Positions 10,360 through 22,155 are shown, counted from the first letter of the stretch. The stretch: DNA of 64,000 nt from an uncultured Phycisphaerales bacterium (GCA_963755915.1 CAVWLP010000001.1:29187-93186), one strand, 5' to 3'. Numbers and translations: made by a program. The notes: generated by a model from the sequence alone, not told the origin.

Positions 10360-11281
10360 CTATTGCTTCACCGCACCGCTGGTAAGCCCGCTAATAAACT
10401 CCTTCTGGAGCGAAAAGAACAGGATTGCCGGGGGAATCATGGCAATCAGCGTTCCCGCCAGAAAGATGCCGTAGTGCTCGACATACGTGCCCATGTACTG
10501 GTTCAGCACCACCGGCAAAGTCAGCTTCGCCTGCGATGTCAAAAAGATGTTCGGGCCGAGGAAGGCGTTCCACGCCCCCATAAAACTGATCAGGCAGAAT
10601 GCCCCGCTCATGGGGCGAACCAAAGGCATGACCAGGGTCAGATATATCCGAAACTCACTGCATCCGTCGATCCGGGCCGCCTCCAGAAGTTCGTTGGGAA
10701 CATTGAACATCGCCTGGCGGAAAAGAAATATTCCGAAGGCGCTGACTGCGCCGGGGATGATCAGGGCTTTGTAGGTGTCCATCCAGCCTAAACGCCAGAT
10801 AACTTCGAAATTGGGCGCGAGAAGAACGACGCGCGGGAATGGTCATGGACGCCAGCATGTAAACCATCAAAACATTGCGCCCGCGAAAGCGATATTTGGC
10901 CAGCGCAAATCCACCCAGTGAGCTGAAGAAAAGGGAGATGAACGTGATCGCGGAGGCGAGGAAAAGGGAGTTCACAACATATCGCCAGAAGCCGATCGGC
11001 CCGTCGCGGGTGAGGGTGGGTTCGAACAGACCCCGAAAGTTCGAGAGGTTCACGGTTTGCGAGGAGATCTGCGAAGGAGGCGGAAGGAACGAATACTGAT
11101 TCATGATGTTCGTGTCCTTAAACGCCGAGCAGATGAGCCAGGCAAAGGGCGTCAGCATGATCGTCGCGACCAGAATCAGCACGGCCAGGCGCGCATATTT
11201 TAAGGCCGCGTGCCGCGAGATCGGCAACAGCACCACGAAGATGCCGGCAAGAACGAGGAGAAAAATCTGCATCCCGTTCAT
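10360..11281 (-). CDS. Carbohydrate ABC transporter permease (MalG-like; frameshift near 10830)
   Basis: ELLEAARIDGCS EAA loop, GFALAKYRFRG, C-terminal FISGLTSGAVK. Confidence 0.88.
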
Positions 11282-12226
11282 GTTTCGCTCCCGACGGAAC
11301 TGATGATGCGAATCTGGATCAGGCTGATAATTAGAATGATCCCCGTCAGGAGCCAGCCGACGACGGCCCCGGTGCCGAGGTCGCCGTTGGTGAAGGCGTT
11401 CTGATAGAGATAGCCAACGACGGTCAGCCCGCTGTTACTCGGTCCGTACCCTCCGCCATTGTTCTGAAGGAGGTTGAAAGGAAGTTCGAAGAGCTGGTAG
11501 GAGCCGATGGTGCTGGTGACGACAACGAAGGTTGCGACGGGCGCGATCGCCGGGACGGTGACATTCCAGAAAATCCCGCCGGCCCGGCGCCGTCGATGCG
11601 GGCGGCTTCGATCAGGCTTTGATCCACATTCTGCAGTGCCGCCAGGAAGTAGATCATGTTGAAGCCCACGTACATCCACATGGCCGCGATGATGATCGCC
11701 GGCATCACAAGCTGCGGATTTCCCAGCCATTGCTCTTCCAGCCCCCAGCCAACCAGCGCGTGCAGGGCGACGTTCAGCAGCCCGTAGTGCGGAGCAAACA
11801 GCACAGAGAAAATAATTCCAACAAAGACCTGGCCGACAAGATTTGGCGCAAAGATCGCCAGGCGAAAGATGCCCTTGAGCCGGTCATTCTTGGCGTTGAG
11901 CAACATCGCCAGGCCAAGACTGAGCGGAAGCTGAAGGCAAATCGAAAATACGGCGAAAATCGTCGTGTTCCAGAGCGCCCTGTGGAAGTCCGGGTCTTTG
12001 ATCACGAAGGAGAAATTCCCCCAACCCACAAACGCCCGGCTGCGCCGGGCCGTCGGTCTCATAGAACGCCAAAATGGTCGCGTAAATCAGCGGATAAAGG
12101 AAAAACACGAGATTGAGAATGACATACGGCGCAGAAAAAATAAGGAGCAGCCCGCCCGCGCGGCCGGCGAACCACGGCCGGTTTCCGCGTGATGACTGCG
12201 GGTTTGGGAAGTGTGGCGGCGGTCAT
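11278..12226 (-). CDS. Carbohydrate ABC transporter permease (MalF-like; frameshifts near 12135, 12060, 11585)
   Basis: FVGWGNF, ALWNT, SLIEAARIDGAG EAA loop, YLYQNAF. Confidence 0.85.
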
Positions 12227-13592
12227 TGGGAATTCAAAAAAACATTTCGGCTCATGGCTACCCGCACCCGGTCCGCACATCGCTTCAATTCGGCACGCCC
12301 ATACTCGCGCAGCCCGTCGGTGCCGTGCTGTTTGTAATAAAGCGAAATGTTGGTAAACGCTTCGGAAAGCTTCGCCTTCCCCAGGACGTTATAGGCGGTG
12401 TCATGCTCCTGCGGCACCAGGGCGCCAGCGCCGAGTAAACCTTCCCAAGCGAAAGGTTGCTGTAGAACGGATCCGGCTGCTGAAGCTCCGGCCGTCCCCA
12501 GGCCGCCTTCAGCGGCGGCAGAATGTGAGTCTCGGCAAATCGCGGGCCGAGCTGCGCCGGGTCATAGTAAAGATACATCGCCAGCTTCCAGGCAAGATCG
12601 AAATTCCTGCAATGCTTCGTGATCGCCAGCCCGCACCCGCCCCAGGTGCTGGTAGGCAGCCCGCCCGGTTCCCACACGGGCAGCGGCATCAAGGCAAGTT
12701 TTCCGGAGAGGCTGGGGATTTCCAGTTCGATTCGGTTGGAGCGCCAATCAGGACAAAAATAGAAGAGGCACAACCCGTCGATCATGGCCATCGCGAAGTT
12801 CTGCCCCTCGCCGCACGGGAACGCGATTTGGCCCGGGCCTTCGATCTGCTGCACATACCAGCAGATCACATCCAGGGCGGCTTCGTTGTCGAAACTGACG
12901 CGCCCCTGCGCGTCGAAAACGGTGACGCCGTGCTGAAGGAGAAGGAGAATCAGCGTGTCGTTGCCGTCGGTCTGGAGATCGAGCATGTAGTGCTTGGGAA
13001 CGCCGTCGGCTTGCGTGGTCTCCTTCACGACCTGCCGACCCACTCGCGCAAATTCATCCCACGTGGTGAGCTTATTGACGTCGATCCCAAGCTGCTCGCA
13101 AAGATCCCGCCGGTAAACCAGCATCACCGGATGAACATCGTGCGGCAACGCAAAAACATGCCCGCGCGACGACCATTTCGCCAGACGGTTGCTGACGAGC
13201 TGATCGCCAAGCCCGCTGGATTTAATCTTGTCGGTCAGATCGACGAAACCGACATCCTGAATCGGGCCCCTGGTGAAAAAGCCGATGGAGCCGTACATCA
13301 GCTCCACCATGTCCGGCACATCCGCGCCGACTTGAAGCGCCGCCTGAAGCCGGCTCTGAAGCGCGTTCTGATCGGTCAACTGGATCTGCACGTTGCAGTG
13401 GTTTTCCTCATCGAAACGCTCGACGGCCGCGCGATAGACGTCCGCCTGTTCCGGTACAAATGTCGCCAGGACCAGGTCCGGCTCCTGATAACCATGATGT
13501 CGGGAAACCGGCACCCAAAGTGCCAGGCAAATGCCCGTGGCTAGAGCGATGATCAGAATCGCCAGTGGAACGGGGCCGAAGGGGAATTTCAT
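12223..13592 (-). CDS. Sugar ABC transporter substrate-binding protein (frameshift near 12420)
   Basis: N-terminal anchor; VPDMV, ALPHDVHPVMLVYRRD, TWDEF, WGGCGLAI. Confidence 0.85.
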
Positions 13593-15235
13593 GGCGCCTC
13601 CGGTGGTGCGGTAAGGCACAGCGTGCTCACGCTGAACGGCGGCATCGCGTAATCCAACTCGTGCGAAGCGCCAATCGCCTGCCCGCCGGCATATTTCGGA
13701 TCGGCGCCGCCCGCGGTGAGCTGATAGATCTCAGCATGGGTGTAGTCATCCGCATTGTGAAGTGAAACGCGTCCTTCAAGCGGGTGCTGCGTTTTGTTGA
13801 TCAGAACCACGACCATCCGCCCGTCCACTTGCGAATCAATGCTGGCGTAGATGGAGCATTTGGCGGCATTGCCGCTGACGGCGTGGATGGAAATATCGCC
13901 AAACGTCGCGCTTTTACCGTCGTAATTCCGATACATCTCGAACGCGCCGCCGATAAAAGGCATTTTTCCCATGTCCGGCCAAAGCGCCGCGGCAAAAACT
14001 CCTTCACGCCCGAAGATTCCGAGCACATCCGCCTGGGCGATCGCGCCGGAAATATCCCCCCCACCGCCGTAATTGTATTCGCTGATCGAAAGCTTCGTGC
14101 CGGGATAGCACTTCTCGATTTTGGCCCGCAGGGCGGGAATGAGACAGATCGGCGCACCGGTCGAATCCTGGGTGATCCAACTGTTTTCGGTGTAAGTCGG
14201 GTCCCAAAGAGACCGCGGCGCCTGGACCCGTGCGGCCACGACCGCCGGAGAGCTGTTTGTCGCTGGCCCGGTAATTCGCACCCCCCCGCCGGTGGCTTCC
14301 GGATACCAGTGAACATCCAGCACATCCAGAAGCCGGCGGCCCTGCGATTTCTCGGCCGCAGCCATGCGCTGAAGGTAATATTCCTGGAAATCGCGATTCT
14401 GCGCGTCGGCCGCCCCCTGGAGCCGGATATATCCAAACCATCCGTAGTTCACCGGCCCAAAAATGAGCGTCGAATCCATAACGTTCTTGATCGCGCCCGC
14501 ATAGACGATCGATTGATCCACCAGCTCTTCGTAGGTGATCGGGTCGGAACGAATCTCCGGGTGCGTCTTGGTCCACCAGTCCGGCTCATTATCGAGGCTG
14601 AACCAAATCGGGCGATTGATGTCGCTCAGGCAGTAGGGATAATTTGTCTTCACCCAATTGACGAATTCATCCTGATAAACAGCCGGGGCGTTGGACGATG
14701 GCCAAAGATAAAACGGTCCATTTTTAGAAGGCCGGCTCGGTTTGAATCGCTTGCGAAGATAATCGGGGCCGCCGCTGCGCACATCGCCCGGCGGAGATTT
14801 GTCGGAGGAAACATAACCGGCCATCGGAATCGTCAGCAGAATTCCCGCGTTGTGCTGGGAAGCAGCATCGAGTGCCGGCATGAGCGCGCCGCCGGGCGTA
14901 TCCTCCTTCCCCTTAAACATATCGCCTGAAACCAGGTAGTCGTCGTTCTGGCAGAGGTAATCTGTGCCGGCATTCGAGGCGTTGTTGGTCCAGTTAAACG
15001 CGGTGAAGCGATTTCCGCCGAGGCGGGTGAATGTCAGGTTCGAATATTGGCCGCCCAGACCGTCGACGTAGCCGTGGAACTGATTGATTCCGTAGATGAA
15101 TCGGGAAATCGGTTTGACGTCCTGCTGGGTATCGACGTCGAGTTGAACGGTCGCAACTTCCTGTCCGGCAGCGATGCCAAACAAGAAAAAGAGAGTGAGG
15201 ATCGATGTAAAAAAGCGAATCATGGACGCCGCCAT
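13589..15235 (-). CDS. GH44 endoglucanase/xyloglucanase, secreted
   Basis: RLGGNRFTAFNWTNNASNAGTDY, LDNEP, LDVLDVHWYPEA, YPGTKLSISEYNYGG; signal peptide. Confidence 0.87.
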   Translation of the reverse strand: MAASMIRFFTSILTLFFLFGIAAGQEVATVQLDVDTQQDVKPISRFIYGINQFHGYVDGLGGQYSNLTFTRLGGNRFTAFNWTNNASNAGTDYLCQNDDYLVSGDMFKGKEDTPGGALMPALDAASQHNAGILLTIPMAGYVSSDKSPPGDVRSGGPDYLRKRFKPSRPSKNGPFYLWPSSNAPAVYQDEFVNWVKTNYPYCLSDINRPIWFSLDNEPDWWTKTHPEIRSDPITYEELVDQSIVYAGAIKNVMDSTLIFGPVNYGWFGYIRLQGAADAQNRDFQEYYLQRMAAAEKSQGRRLLDVLDVHWYPEATGGGVRITGPATNSSPAVVAARVQAPRSLWDPTYTENSWITQDSTGAPICLIPALRAKIEKCYPGTKLSISEYNYGGGGDISGAIAQADVLGIFGREGVFAAALWPDMGKMPFIGGAFEMYRNYDGKSATFGDISIHAVSGNAAKCSIYASIDSQVDGRMVVVLINKTQHPLEGRVSLHNADDYTHAEIYQLTAGGADPKYAGGQAIGASHELDYAMPPFSVSTLCLTAPPEAP

Positions 15236-15303
15236 GGGAGTACCATCATCGCTGGATGGGACGAGAAGCTCAATTTTCCTCCGCCGCTTGACGTAATCGC
15301 CAC

Positions 15304-15315
15304 GTAATCGTTTAC
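15304..15315. promoter_or_regulatory. LacI-type operator GTAATCGTTTAC
   Basis: Upstream of the GH44-ABC operon. Confidence 0.75.
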
Positions 15316-15326
15316 GCGATTGTACC

Positions 15327-15363
15327 AAAAAAAGTCCCCTACTCGTGGTAAGCAGGGGAACTT
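15327..15363 (-). terminator. Possible intrinsic terminator downstream of PEP-CTERM gene
   Basis: Imperfect stem aagtcccct/aggggaactt next to an A7 run (U-tract on the minus strand). Confidence 0.5.
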
Positions 15364-15427
15364 CAAAGAGGAGGGTATGTTACGTCAAATCATCCCGGAT
15401 CACAAAAACCGGGAGGAAATTTCGTCA

Positions 15428-16423
15428 TCAGACCTTTTTGGCCCGGCGGCGGGCCATTAAACCAACAGCGCCGAGGCCGAGCAAACTTAGGGTCGCCGGC
15501 TCTGGGACAAGGGCGACCTGGAATCCGTCGAGGTACGTTGAATCGGAATTCTGGCCAGAGCCGGTGCCGCCGAATCCGTATACGGTGACTGAGCCGTTGC
15601 CGTTCGCCGTCAGATTGAACACCGCCGGAGCCGGGGTGGTGCCGGCCGCCCAGGTAATGGACTGCATGTCAGAGGGCGCGGTGAAGGTATTGTTGTTGGC
15701 TGGAGTCGCCGCCCACCATCCGTCCAAACCGCCGGACGTTGTTGGTGCGGTTGCCGTCCAATTCGTGGTGTGGCTGCCGCTGGAATCATAGGAATAGAGA
15801 GCGATTTCGTAGGGCGCATCTGGAATCAGACCGCCAAACTGTACCTGGACGTAGTTCGTGCCCTGGACGTTGCTGCCGCTGGTACCAGCAAAGATAAAGT
15901 CCTGAAACATATCATTGTCGCCCGCGCCGTTCGGGCCGGTGGGGCTGCCGCGATCGCGCGAATTCATCGACGCCGTGCCGTTCACCTGCGCATAGTCGGC
16001 CGAATTGTTTGTGGTATCGATGCCGATCGTCACCGTCGTAGGCGTGATTGGATTTTGCGGACCATAGTTGTAAGGACTAATTAAGGGAGGACCATTGAAG
16101 GTGAAAGTTTTCGTTATGCTCGAGGCATTCACGTTGGGGCTCGACTGACTCGAGGGCAATTGGGTGTTATCGCCGCCCGAATAGGCATTACCTCCCCAGG
16201 GGGACCAAAGAACGCCGTAAGGATCGGCCGTGAAAGCGCCGCTACTTACATTTTCATTCCAGCCATTCGTAGGTGTTTGGGCGCCGCTGAGCGGGCCGCC
16301 GTTGAGATCCACCGACAAAAAGGCGTTGGTCAGAGGCCCAGTGAAAGTACCGGTGGAAGCGAATGCTCCCGAGGCGTACAGGCCCAAAGTTGATACCGCC
16401 AGGACTGCAAGATTCCGCCGCAT
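15428..16423 (-). CDS. PEP-CTERM surface protein
   Basis: GGAGG RBS, signal peptide MRRNLAVLAV..AFA; C-terminal VPEPATLSLLGLGAVGLMARRR. Confidence 0.9.
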   Translation of the reverse strand: MRRNLAVLAVSTLGLYASGAFASTGTFTGPLTNAFLSVDLNGGPLSGAQTPTNGWNENVSSGAFTADPYGVLWSPWGGNAYSGGDNTQLPSSQSSPNVNASSITKTFTFNGPPLISPYNYGPQNPITPTTVTIGIDTTNNSADYAQVNGTASMNSRDRGSPTGPNGAGDNDMFQDFIFAGTSGSNVQGTNYVQVQFGGLIPDAPYEIALYSYDSSGSHTTNWTATAPTTSGGLDGWWAATPANNNTFTAPSDMQSITWAAGTTPAPAVFNLTANGNGSVTVYGFGGTGSGQNSDSTYLDGFQVALVPEPATLSLLGLGAVGLMARRRAKKV

Positions 16424-16547
16424 AAGAGCCCTCCAAAGAGTTGAAAATAGGACCTGTTCGAGCGGCGCCTGAGATGAGAACTGAACTGCAACTATCTCCC
16501 GCTTCCAGGTCGTCCGCATTTTCTGGTTCGCGGCGTGAACACGCCAC

Positions 16548-16589
16548 GTAAACGATTACTGAATTTACACTGCCCAGGACGCGTGTCAA
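16548..16589 (-). promoter_or_regulatory. Sigma70-like promoter (TTGACA..TAAATT) followed by operator
   Basis: tgtcaa 16584-16589, aattta 16562-16567, gtaaacgattac 16548-16559. Confidence 0.6.
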
Positions 16590-16880
16590 GAAAATTTTTG
16601 CGGTTTTTGTCGTAATCAAGGCGCGGCGTTGCGGAAAACGGGCGAACCACCCTTGCCCGCGACGGGATACGCCGACATCCGCACAAGCGACCGATCCTGC
16701 CCGTGATTTTCTGCACAATCTACCCCCCGATTCTCCAATAGAATATGCGCGGGAAATCCTCAAATCGGCTGTATAATCGTACCCTTTGGGGAGGCGGACA
16801 ACGCGGACGCAAAATCGGTTTCAGGAGCTGACGGCGGTTCGGTTTGCGACCCCGGGGACTGCGGAATAGCAAAAATTATG

Positions 16881-16924
16881 TTGACAACGCGAAGAGGGAC
16901 AAGTTATAACTAGTAATCGGTTAC
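16881..16924 (+). promoter_or_regulatory. Sigma70-like promoter (TTGACA..TATAAC) followed by operator GTAATCGGTTAC
   Basis: -35 at 16881, -10 at 16905, operator 16913-16924, upstream of the prepilin gene. Confidence 0.7.
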
Positions 16925-17003
16925 TTGAAGGTTTGGACACGTGGCTGGCGGGTATTCGGTGCGGTTTAGGGGCTTGGCGGAGGTCCGGAAAGGCGAGAAC
17001 TTC

Positions 17004-18065
17004 ATGTCCACACAGACCCTTAGACAATCCAAAGAGTGCCCCAGCCGAGCAGGCGGTTTTACCTTGGTTGAGTTGCTCGTTGTCATCGGAATTATCGCAT
17101 TACTGGTTGCAATTCTCCTTCCCGCACTGAACCCGCGCGAGCAGGCCATGTTGGTGCAGTGCCAATCGAACGAGCGCCAGATCGGCCTGGCGATCTTCAT
17201 GTATGCGGGTGACAACCAGGGGTCTCTGCCGATGGGGTATTGGGACGGGTCGTGTGTGAATGGAACTTTTACTGGTATCGCAGCCGGCTCCGCACAGCAA
17301 GGCAATTATGCCACCTTCTGGTCAGTCGAAATTATGCCCTACATCGCCAAAGGCGGTGCTACGTGGAATAGCAACGCCCAAAACGGCGGAACGAACAGCT
17401 CGATTCGAAGGGTATTTTGCTGCCCGGAAGTCCCTGCCGACGAATATAGTCTGACAACGTCCGCCACAGTCACGCAATACGTAAGCCATCCGCGCCTGAT
17501 GCCGTGGATGCCTGGTGGACTGACCTCAACCGGCGGCACCCCATGGCCCAATCCTGATCCGATTACAGGGAAATATCCCCAGCCTTATCGGCTGGCCCAC
17601 ATCAAACAAAGCGCAGAGATCGGAATGATTTTCGACGCCGCATTGGTGGTTGACCCACCTCCCCCCACGGGCAGCGGTTCGGGAATGAATGCTTTTGATA
17701 CGGTTCCCGTGGGATGCCAGATCGATGGTGGGGTCATGAATCCGGATAACCAGCCGACCACTTACATGACGGATCAATATTCGTATTCCGGAAACACCAG
17801 CAGTTCGCTTAACGGCGGACAGTCGATTAGCGCAGCCGCCGCGCATTACGTCCCCTATTCAAACCCCCTGAACATAAACATGGATACCGCCATCAATGAT
17901 GGCATTGGCACAAACGGGGGACAGTTCGGAAACCTCCGATTCAGGCATGTCGGCAACACCCAGTGCAATGTGCTTTTTGCCGATGGGCACGTCCAGGCCT
18001 TTACCTACACCGCAAAGACTCGAGTAACCGATCTGCTTCGCAAAAACCTCTATGTGAATCCCTGA
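17004..18065 (+). CDS. Prepilin-type N-methylation protein with H-X9-DG C-terminal motif (DUF1559-like)
   Basis: [58 protein letters not shown]. Confidence 0.9.
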   Translation: MSTQTLRQSKECPSRAGGFTLVELLVVIGIIALLVAILLPALNPREQAMLVQCQSNERQIGLAIFMYAGDNQGSLPMGYWDGSCVNGTFTGIAAGSAQQGNYATFWSVEIMPYIAKGGATWNSNAQNGGTNSSIRRVFCCPEVPADEYSLTTSATVTQYVSHPRLMPWMPGGLTSTGGTPWPNPDPITGKYPQPYRLAHIKQSAEIGMIFDAALVVDPPPPTGSGSGMNAFDTVPVGCQIDGGVMNPDNQPTTYMTDQYSYSGNTSSSLNGGQSISAAAAHYVPYSNPLNINMDTAINDGIGTNGGQFGNLRFRHVGNTQCNVLFADGHVQAFTYTAKTRVTDLLRKNLYVNP

Positions 18066-18096
18066 GTGGTCGGTGGAAACGGCTTGGGAATAGCAC

Positions 18097-18573
18097 ATGG
18101 GTTTCCGCGAACAGCTCAATCGGAAGCCAACCTTGAGCGCTGGGGTCGTATTCGGACTCCTGGCGCTGCTGGCTGTCTGGGCTCTGGTTGTGCGGTTGAC
18201 GAACCGCGCATCTTTGCAGGCAGGTGGCGAAATCTATTTCAGCACCAATGATGGAAAAACCTGGTTCGCGAACCCGGCCATGAATCAGCCGCCGTTTGAC
18301 TACGATGGCGCCACGGCCGTGCGCTGCTACGTCTTTCGCGTTGGTGATTCAGCCTCTTTTGTCGGCTATTTGGAAACCAATACTCCCCAGATGTACGATC
18401 TGCTCACCGGTGTTTCGCACGGTCCAGGCGCGCTGCCCGCCGGTGGAACGCTGGTCAAAAAGCCTGGCGCTGGAACTTGGGTGCCGGCGATGAGCCCCGC
18501 CGGAATGAAGATTACCAACGTAACTGATCCCGCCGGCTCCGGCGAAGAACCGCAACCAGTCTTACCGGAGTAA
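18097..18573 (+). CDS. Membrane-anchored hypothetical protein downstream of prepilin gene
   Basis: N-terminal TM then YFSTNDGKTWF..PPFDYDG..FVGYLE. Confidence 0.65.
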   Translation: MGFREQLNRKPTLSAGVVFGLLALLAVWALVVRLTNRASLQAGGEIYFSTNDGKTWFANPAMNQPPFDYDGATAVRCYVFRVGDSASFVGYLETNTPQMYDLLTGVSHGPGALPAGGTLVKKPGAGTWVPAMSPAGMKITNVTDPAGSGEEPQPVLPE

Positions 18574-18587
18574 AGGGAAACCACCCG

Positions 18588-20405
18588 ATGCCAAACCCGC
18601 GGCTGAACATTCTTTTCAATTCTTTTGCCGCGATTGCCGTTGCCGGTGCGATCATCGCCTGCACCGCGTGCAGCTCCACCACCGAAACATCCCCCAAGCC
18701 CGACCGCCAGATGCTTCCCCCAACCGGGCTCCGCGCTTTCACGCCTTTTGGCGATCAGATGGCACTCGAACGGCTCCAGATCGTCGCCGTCGATCATCCG
18801 AAGTTCAATTCCGCCATTCAGGTCCAGACCCAGGGCGGCGCAAGGGTCGATTGGAACACCGAAATCATCGCGCCGGTCACCGAGCCTGTTAAGCGCGGCG
18901 AGGTGCTTCTCGCACATTTCTGGCTGCGCTGCACAAATTCCATGACCGGCGAAGGATATACCTCCTTCGAATTCGAGCTGAACCACGGCGAATACGACAA
19001 GGCCGTCGATTTTCGAATCAGCGCCGAGCAGCAATGGAAAGAGGTTTTCGTACCCTTCGAGGCCGACCGCGATTTCCCCCTTGGCGAGGCCCGCATCTGC
19101 TTTCGAACCGGGTTCGATCAGCAGACCATCCAGCTCGGCGGCATCGAGCTTTTGAATTTTCACGACCGCGTGAAGTTGTCACAACTGCCGGCGACCAAGA
19201 TCACCTATGCGGGCCGTGACCCCAACGCCCAGTGGCGCAAAGACGCCCTGGCCCGCATCGAGAAAATCCGCAAAGGAAATCTGGACATTTACGTGACCGA
19301 TTCCGATGGCCGGCCCATCGAAGGCGCGACCGCCCACGCGGTGCTTCGCCGGCATGCCTTTGGATTCGGGACCTGCGTGGACGCCAGTTTCCTGACAGGA
19401 AATACGCCCGATGACGAGCGGTATCGCCAAACGGTTCTGGCGCTCTTTAACCGCGCGGTCTTTGAGAACGACATGAAGTGGCCGGAGATTTACGACGGTG
19501 TTCCCCCGATGGTCGACCAATCCGTGAAATGGCTTCTCGATCACCACTTCAAGATCCGTGGCCACAACCTGATCTGGCCAAGCTGGCAATGGATGCCCCC
19601 GCAACTGGAGGCGTATGCCTACGATCCGAAAAAGCTGCGCCAAATCATCGCCAAACACATCACGGACACCGTAACCCATTTTCGCGGCCAGATGATCGAC
19701 TGGGACGTGGTAAACGAGCCGTTCACCAATTACGACCTGTTCGACGACCTGGGAATGGGCGCCGGGCAGCTCGTGGTGCAGTGGTACAAGCTCGCCCACC
19801 AGGCCGATCCGAACTGCCGATTGTTTCTCAACGACTTCGGCATTCTCGACGGCCCCGCCTTTAGCGAGCATCGCGAAAACTTTTCCGAAAACATCTCCTA
19901 TCTCCAGCAGAGCGGCGCCCCCATCGGCGGCATCGGAATTCAATCTCACTTCGGAACCGAAATCCCACCGCCCGAAAACATCATCAAGATCCTCGACCGG
20001 TTTTCCAAATTCAATCTGCCCATCGAATTGACCGAAGTGAGCATCAATCTCCAGGACCGCCAGCTCCAGGCGGATTACCTGCGCGATTACCTGATCGCCT
20101 GCTTCTCCGAGCCGCGCGTCGAAGCAATCATGATGTGGGGATTCTGGGCCGGCCGCCACTGGCGGCCCGAAGCCGCGCTCTATGACCTCCAATGGAACAT
20201 CCGGCCGATCGGCCAGACATGGATCGACCTCACGCAAAAACAGTGGACCACCGACGCGACGGCCATGACGGACTCCAGCGGCGTCGCCAATGTGCGCGGT
20301 TTTTACGGAACCTACGAAATCACCATTACCGCCGGATCGAAGCAGCAGACCGTAACCACCGAATTGAAGCCCGGCGGTTCTCGCCTTGACGTTCACATGG
20401 AGTGA
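18588..20405 (+). CDS. GH10 endo-1,4-beta-xylanase with N-terminal CBM-like region
   Basis: FENDMKW, RGHNLIW, WDVVNEP (acid/base), GIGIQSH, IELTE (nucleophile), MMWGFW. Confidence 0.88.
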   Translation: MPNPRLNILFNSFAAIAVAGAIIACTACSSTTETSPKPDRQMLPPTGLRAFTPFGDQMALERLQIVAVDHPKFNSAIQVQTQGGARVDWNTEIIAPVTEPVKRGEVLLAHFWLRCTNSMTGEGYTSFEFELNHGEYDKAVDFRISAEQQWKEVFVPFEADRDFPLGEARICFRTGFDQQTIQLGGIELLNFHDRVKLSQLPATKITYAGRDPNAQWRKDALARIEKIRKGNLDIYVTDSDGRPIEGATAHAVLRRHAFGFGTCVDASFLTGNTPDDERYRQTVLALFNRAVFENDMKWPEIYDGVPPMVDQSVKWLLDHHFKIRGHNLIWPSWQWMPPQLEAYAYDPKKLRQIIAKHITDTVTHFRGQMIDWDVVNEPFTNYDLFDDLGMGAGQLVVQWYKLAHQADPNCRLFLNDFGILDGPAFSEHRENFSENISYLQQSGAPIGGIGIQSHFGTEIPPPENIIKILDRFSKFNLPIELTEVSINLQDRQLQADYLRDYLIACFSEPRVEAIMMWGFWAGRHWRPEAALYDLQWNIRPIGQTWIDLTQKQWTTDATAMTDSSGVANVRGFYGTYEITITAGSKQQTVTTELKPGGSRLDVHME

Positions 20406-20416
20406 AAATCCGCGCC

Positions 20417-22129
20417 ATGACGATGGCAACGATGAAAACATCTCTCGCCGCGGATCTCGTCGATGGAACCCTGATCCAGCTCAACGACAACGGCGCCTGG
20501 TGCTGGTTTCAGGACCCGCGGATGGTCATCGACCGCACAAACAACACCGTGCTGATCTCCTCGATCGCCAGCTCGCAGGGAACCGGCGGCGAAAATCGAG
20601 CCGGAGACGTGGACATAGTGACGTTTCATCCGGACACGGCACAGACCACGCGATCTGTCTTGCATCGCGGCCTCCAGCCCCAGGACGATCACAATGCAGC
20701 GGCACTCCTGATCCGTCCGGACGGGCGCTACCTGGCGATGTATTCACGCCACAATCGCGACAATCTCTCGTATTACCGAATATCGACGCGTCCCCACGAT
20801 GCCAGCGATTGGGAGGCTGAGCGCACGTTCGACTGGTCGGATGCGATCACCGCGGCCGGAGCCAATTGCCACGTCACCTATTCCAATCTCTTCCATCTCC
20901 CTGCCGAAAGAAGGGCATACAATTTCTCACGCGCACTCAACGATGACCCCTCAATCCTGATCTCCACCAATGATGGCGACGACTGGACCTTTGGCGCCAA
21001 ACTCCTCACGGAAGCAAAGCTCGGATACGTCAACGGCTACACAAAATACGCCTCGAACGGCATCGACCGAATCGATTTCCTCACCACCGAGCACCACCCG
21101 CGCGATTTCAACAACAGCATCTACCACGGCTTTATCAAGGGCGGCAAACTTTACCGTTCGGATGGATCCGTCGTGGAGCAAAACCTCTTCGCATCCCCCG
21201 GCCATTCGCAAACCGAACTCACAAAAGCCTTCGCGGCCGGCAGCATTTTCCACGGCGAAAAGATGACGCACGCGTGGACAATTGCAATCGGCGTTGACGC
21301 TCGCGGCAATCCCTACGGCCTGATCTCCGCGCGGGCCAACGATCAGCCGGAAAATACCAATTTCCAGGATCACCGCTTCTTCTACATCCGATACGACGGC
21401 AGGCAATGGCAGGCCCGTCAGCTCGCCAAAGCCGGCGCCAGCCTCTGGGACGCTGAGGAAGATTACACAGGCCTCGCCTCCCTGAATCCCGCCAATCCGA
21501 ATGAAGTCTTTATCTCGACCACAATCGATCCGCGCGATGATTCGCCCCTTTCACTGCACGAAATTTTCCACGGCACAACCGAAGATGAAGGACAAACTTG
21601 GACCTGGCGCCCCATCACACGGAACTCGACGGTCGAAAATCTCCGCCCTCTCGTGGTCGCGTGGGACCGCGACAGTTCGTTGCTCGCTTGGTTCCGGGGA
21701 ACGATGAGCCGCTCGCAGGTCTACGACTGTGCGATGGTCGGCGTTCTGCTTCGAAAAGATGAAACGCGGGAAAGGATCCAGTTTTTTCCGTCGGCCGCGC
21801 TGGGCAATCCGAATGGCGCCCTGGCCCTGCCAGCCGTCGATCAGAGCGGGGGCTACGACGTATACGCTTTCTTCTGGTGCAAATCGGGCCGCGACGGACA
21901 GTTCACGGCCGGCCTCGCGCCCGATCGAATTATGACTCATCGGACGCGCTCCGCACAACAGGCAGAACCCTCCCAGTTTGCCAGCGAGGTCGCCATCGCT
22001 AATGGCAACCGTTTACTATATCGTGTCTATCTTGGTCGAGCCCTCGTAAGATCGGGCCAGCCGATTCGAATCATCGCCGGCAGCCCGAATTTCGCCGGAG
22101 CAGGCTATTGCAAAGTTCAGCAGCCATGA
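20417..22129 (+). CDS. BNR-4 repeat-containing protein
   Basis: NGAWCWFQDPR, DDHNAAAL, YSNL, STNDGDDW Asp-box-like motifs. Confidence 0.7.
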   Translation: MTMATMKTSLAADLVDGTLIQLNDNGAWCWFQDPRMVIDRTNNTVLISSIASSQGTGGENRAGDVDIVTFHPDTAQTTRSVLHRGLQPQDDHNAAALLIRPDGRYLAMYSRHNRDNLSYYRISTRPHDASDWEAERTFDWSDAITAAGANCHVTYSNLFHLPAERRAYNFSRALNDDPSILISTNDGDDWTFGAKLLTEAKLGYVNGYTKYASNGIDRIDFLTTEHHPRDFNNSIYHGFIKGGKLYRSDGSVVEQNLFASPGHSQTELTKAFAAGSIFHGEKMTHAWTIAIGVDARGNPYGLISARANDQPENTNFQDHRFFYIRYDGRQWQARQLAKAGASLWDAEEDYTGLASLNPANPNEVFISTTIDPRDDSPLSLHEIFHGTTEDEGQTWTWRPITRNSTVENLRPLVVAWDRDSSLLAWFRGTMSRSQVYDCAMVGVLLRKDETRERIQFFPSAALGNPNGALALPAVDQSGGYDVYAFFWCKSGRDGQFTAGLAPDRIMTHRTRSAQQAEPSQFASEVAIANGNRLLYRVYLGRALVRSGQPIRIIAGSPNFAGAGYCKVQQP

Positions 22130-22155
22130 ATCGATTCGTGTATAATTCGGGTGAA

